Of a DNA stretch of 64,000 bases, positions 61,248 through 64,000 are shown one piece after another. The notes under the pieces were generated by a model. That model did no database searches and was not told the origin of the DNA. It saw only the letters and a program-made list of their open reading frames with translations. The position numbers and the translations under genes are program-made. The DNA is from Candidatus Kerfeldbacteria bacterium (GTDB lineage: Bacteria; Patescibacteriota; Patescibacteriia; UBA10025; JAHIVO01): positions 969,041 through 1,033,040 of the forward strand of contig CP181398.1 of the NCBI GenBank assembly GCA_047946875.1. Reading direction: 5' to 3'. Positions within the stretch are counted from its first letter, which is position 1; the number at the start of each line of letters is the position of its first letter.

Positions 61248-61439
61248 CTATTTCTTGTCAGCTATTTCCTTCCTTAGAAAATTTTTAACAAACGATAATC
61301 CCCTGAGTCTGTCTTCAACAGTAACATTTGCCTCAATTGAATCTTGGACATCTTCCGGAAGATCAGGAAACCGATCTTTTCCACTTTCCTCAATTGCATT
61401 TAACAGTAGCTGTCCGGAAAGCAATTCTTGCTTTTCCAT
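61248..61439 (-). CDS. Small hypothetical protein
   Basis: AAGGA RBS; coupled to the upstream stop codon. Confidence 0.5.
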   Translation of the reverse strand: MEKQELLSGQLLLNAIEESGKDRFPDLPEDVQDSIEANVTVEDRLRGLSFVKNFLRKEIADKK

Positions 61440-61441
61440 AA

Positions 61442-62062
61442 TCATCCTTTCTTTTTGAATTTCAACCATATAACCAAAGTGATCATCATAATTGATATGG
61501 AAACAGAATTAAAAATCATCAAAACCAAATCATTGATGGTAAATACATAGCTCAGCCAAAAAATCCCAGCTAAAATATAAACTATAATCATTCTGATATC
61601 AACCACTCCCGAATCCCGATTTCTCCAAATTTCAATTGGTTGTAAGGCCATGGTTCCAAGTACGCCCCAAGAAAAAATGAAAAAATACCATTCAATCCAA
61701 GGAATGATTAGGGATGTACAAACTGCAACGAAAATTAAAACCGTACTTATTTTTTCGATTTTATTATACCCCTTGAACTTCCAGAGGCCGATTAAAATAG
61801 GTATTAAGAAAAACCCTCGTGACAAACCATTAATTACCATGGTTAAACTTTTTATTTCAAACCCATAAACCACTCCGATTAATTGATAGCCGGCAAAATA
61901 AGCAAACCACACAATTGAAACAGAAGTTCCTTTCTGCTTCGACCAAATTAGCTTATTTTGTTTTAACATAGCCCAAACATTCCACCCGACAAAAACAAGA
62001 ATTCCAACAGCCCCAATGGTTTGAGCGTTCCAGCCAAAATTATTTATTTCAATCCAGTTCAT
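61442..62062 (-). CDS. PQ-loop/SWEET-like 7-TM membrane protein
   Basis: Two internal repeats (Q..LIW....SVS; QPIEIWRNRD..VVD..M...FWLSY). Confidence 0.7.
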   Translation of the reverse strand: MNWIEINNFGWNAQTIGAVGILVFVGWNVWAMLKQNKLIWSKQKGTSVSIVWFAYFAGYQLIGVVYGFEIKSLTMVINGLSRGFFLIPILIGLWKFKGYNKIEKISTVLIFVAVCTSLIIPWIEWYFFIFSWGVLGTMALQPIEIWRNRDSGVVDIRMIIVYILAGIFWLSYVFTINDLVLMIFNSVSISIMMITLVIWLKFKKKG

Positions 62063-62073
62063 TTTATAACTCC

Positions 62074-62137
62074 ATTTTCAAAGTACATTTTAATAAAAGG
62101 AGAAAAAATTAATCTTCTCCTTGCGAAAAATGTGCTT
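62074..62137. repeat. 64-bp intergenic repeat, copy 1
   Basis: 58/64 identical to 62940-63003 by manual alignment. Confidence 0.85.
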
Positions 62138-62187
62138 TTGACTTAACGTTTTCAGCTTTCAACTAATTTGTTTTTAAGAAAGAAGAT

Positions 62188-62922
62188 TTATTTTAATCTT
62201 AGCTCATCAATATACAATAAACCTTGTTGAATTCCATTTAGTGAATTGTGCGTCCATTTTCTTTTAACGTCATAACCAAATTTTGGAGCTACGCTCATGG
62301 GATCGTTAAATTCTCCACCAAGGCTATAAGAAGGTATAACAACTACACCGCCTGATTTGAGATATTTTTTTGAATCGATTAAAAATCTTTCAAACAATTC
62401 TGGAGGTATTATCATGCTGGCAGCAATTGTATCTCCTTTTGGTGGTGTTCCAGGGAAAAATGGAATATTCCATAAAATCATATCTACTATCTCACTAATG
62501 TTCTCAAATAAATCTCCTTGGACAACGTGAATATTTTCTTCGAGTCCGAATTTTATTGCATTATCTATTGTATTTTGACAGGCAAGGAGAGATATATCAC
62601 TTGCTATTACTTTTTTGGCTCCATATTTAGCCATTACGATATCCATAAGGCCTGTTCCGCAACCCATCTCTATGGCAGTTTTTCCATAAAATAAATGATT
62701 ATTGTAGAATAAATATCTTGCATGATATCTCCCAGAAGCTAAAAAAGGATCCCATACTCCTTCGCCTACAATAAATCTATTTATGACATCTCCTTCTCCA
62801 CTAACATTAAAATCTATTTCATAGGTTTCATGTTGATGTTTTTGCCATTGTGTTAGAACTATTTCTTTTTGGATGTCGTCCATTAAAGTGAGATTCTTCT
62901 CTGTAAGTGTATTTTTTTTCAT
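62188..62922 (-). CDS. Class I SAM methyltransferase (HemK/PrmC-like)
   Basis: EMGCGTG, ASDIS, QGDLF and WNIPFF motifs. Confidence 0.85.
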   Translation of the reverse strand: MKKNTLTEKNLTLMDDIQKEIVLTQWQKHQHETYEIDFNVSGEGDVINRFIVGEGVWDPFLASGRYHARYLFYNNHLFYGKTAIEMGCGTGLMDIVMAKYGAKKVIASDISLLACQNTIDNAIKFGLEENIHVVQGDLFENISEIVDMILWNIPFFPGTPPKGDTIAASMIIPPELFERFLIDSKKYLKSGGVVVIPSYSLGGEFNDPMSVAPKFGYDVKRKWTHNSLNGIQQGLLYIDELRLK

Positions 62923-62939
62923 CTTAATTCTCCCATTTT

Positions 62940-63003
62940 ATTTTCAAAGTACATTTTAATAAAAGGAGAAGGGTTTAATCTTCTCCTTACAAAAAATGTG
63001 CTT
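62940..63003. repeat. 64-bp intergenic repeat, copy 2
   Basis: Matches 62074-62137. Confidence 0.85.
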
Positions 63004-63580
63004 ACATCGGAATCTTGAAATGTAATAGTACCGCCGCAGTCGGATTGTCCGTAATCCCTGCCCATAACGATATTTTATTCAGACTCCCAGACCCAAGCTT
63101 CAGGTCTACTCGTGGTCCGAAGACCCACTTTTGAACATTATTAATATGATAATGTTCAAAATTCATCCCCATTGAGAAACCATCAGTGATTTCTGGCACG
63201 TCTACCAAAACGAAACCTTCTTGAAAAACATTATTAAAAGAAATTTTTTCCAGATTGAAATCATTAACGCTCAGACACGTAAACCTACCTTGTCTAAAAA
63301 ATAGATTTACGGAACCGTTTCCATTAACCGTACTATCAGCGACACGCCAATCGCCACCAATTTTTGTCGTTACAGTTAAAGGTCCAAACTTGAATCGTGG
63401 TCCAATCGCGATCTTTAGATTAGCATTCTTTAGTACGAACACTTCAAGATGAGATGTCCGATACCAAATGTTAATCTTGTCAGTAGAGGTACGAGATTCA
63501 TACTCTCCATGAATATTTCCCGCTACAGACATTGAGGTAGTAGCCAGAACCATCATTAGAACCAACATTACTGTTCTCAT
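63002..63580 (-). CDS. Secreted beta-strand-rich protein (beta-barrel-like)
   Basis: Start reassigned to MRTVML after AAGGAG; signal peptide; amphipathic strands. Confidence 0.6.
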   Translation of the reverse strand: MRTVMLVLMMVLATTSMSVAGNIHGEYESRTSTDKINIWYRTSHLEVFVLKNANLKIAIGPRFKFGPLTVTTKIGGDWRVADSTVNGNGSVNLFFRQGRFTCLSVNDFNLEKISFNNVFQEGFVLVDVPEITDGFSMGMNFEHYHINNVQKWVFGPRVDLKLGSGSLNKISLWAGITDNPTAAVLLHFKIPM

Positions 63581-63751
63581 TTGAGACTCCTTTGTTATTG
63601 TTTCAATGTACTCTCTCCTCTTCTTTAACAAATAATCATATAACATAATTGATTTTATGTCATTTATGTCGTCATAGTATTGAAAATATTGACTTTTACT
63701 AAGAAATATGCTAATATTATGTTGACGAATAATCCGACATAAATCAGCAAA

Positions 63752-64000
63752 ATGCCAGATAATAAACTTATCAACACACTTATAAACCTTGGCTTAAGCG
63801 AAAACGAAGCTAAGGTTTATTTTGCTTCCCTATCACTTGGTCCTACCACTATCCTAAATATCGCCAGGGCCTCCGAAACCAAAAGGACAACAGTTTATTC
63901 GGTTGTAGAGTCATTGAAAGAAAAAGGATTGATGAGATTGAATATAAAAGGATTCAAACAATTTTATGTTGCGGAAGATCCAAACAAATTGGAATCAATT
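63752..64000 (+). CDS. TrmB family transcriptional regulator (partial; absent from the ORF track)
   Basis: Manual translation: MPDNKLINTLINLGLSENEAKVYFASLSLGPTTILNIARASETKRTTVYSVVESLKEKGL. Confidence 0.9.
   Translation, partial: MPDNKLINTLINLGLSENEAKVYFASLSLGPTTILNIARASETKRTTVYSVVESLKEKGLMRLNIKGFKQFYVAEDPNKLESI

Noticed and set aside
62074-63003. Integron attC sites
   Set aside because: No RYYYAAC...GTTRRRY ends recognised and no intI in the window.
1-64000. Alternative genetic code (TGA recoded)
   Set aside because: Long conserved genes translate fully in code 11, and TGA serves as a stop (e.g. 9933, 25176).

Overview
AT-rich bacterial chromosome segment in standard code 11. The gene set (lamin-tail surface protein, TrmB regulator, GspG-like protein, leaderless promoters, small palindromes) suggests a CPR/Patescibacteria genome; this is inference. 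Housekeeping genes (purF, rpsT, holA, polA, ddl, ssb, prs, tRNA-Leu) are interspersed with accessory loci. The main feature is a 24 kb co-oriented array (33806-58132) of eight membrane-anchored secreted proteases from four classes: 4 M11-like, 2 M36/M4-like, 1 NHL-propeller metzincin and 1 S8. They are built from interchangeable signal anchors and Cys-rich C-terminal modules ending in P-V-Y/H-R/Y, show visible gene-conversion tracts, and one carries a dockerin. One duplicated promoter links the array to a downstream cluster with a Cys-rich bacteriocin-like lipoprotein and an M23 peptidase, both preceded by a shared pseudoknot-capable leader. Other points: a WxL-like surface-fibre operon headed by a small HTH gene with 10-bp direct repeats; an intact tRNA-Leu nested inside the remnant of another tRNA; diderm-type genes (OmpA-like, beta-barrels, lipoproteins); boxA-like leader motifs; and repeated intergenic modules. 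No CRISPR array, rRNA, transposase, integrase or reverse transcriptase was seen. All product calls come from motif recognition, not database searches.
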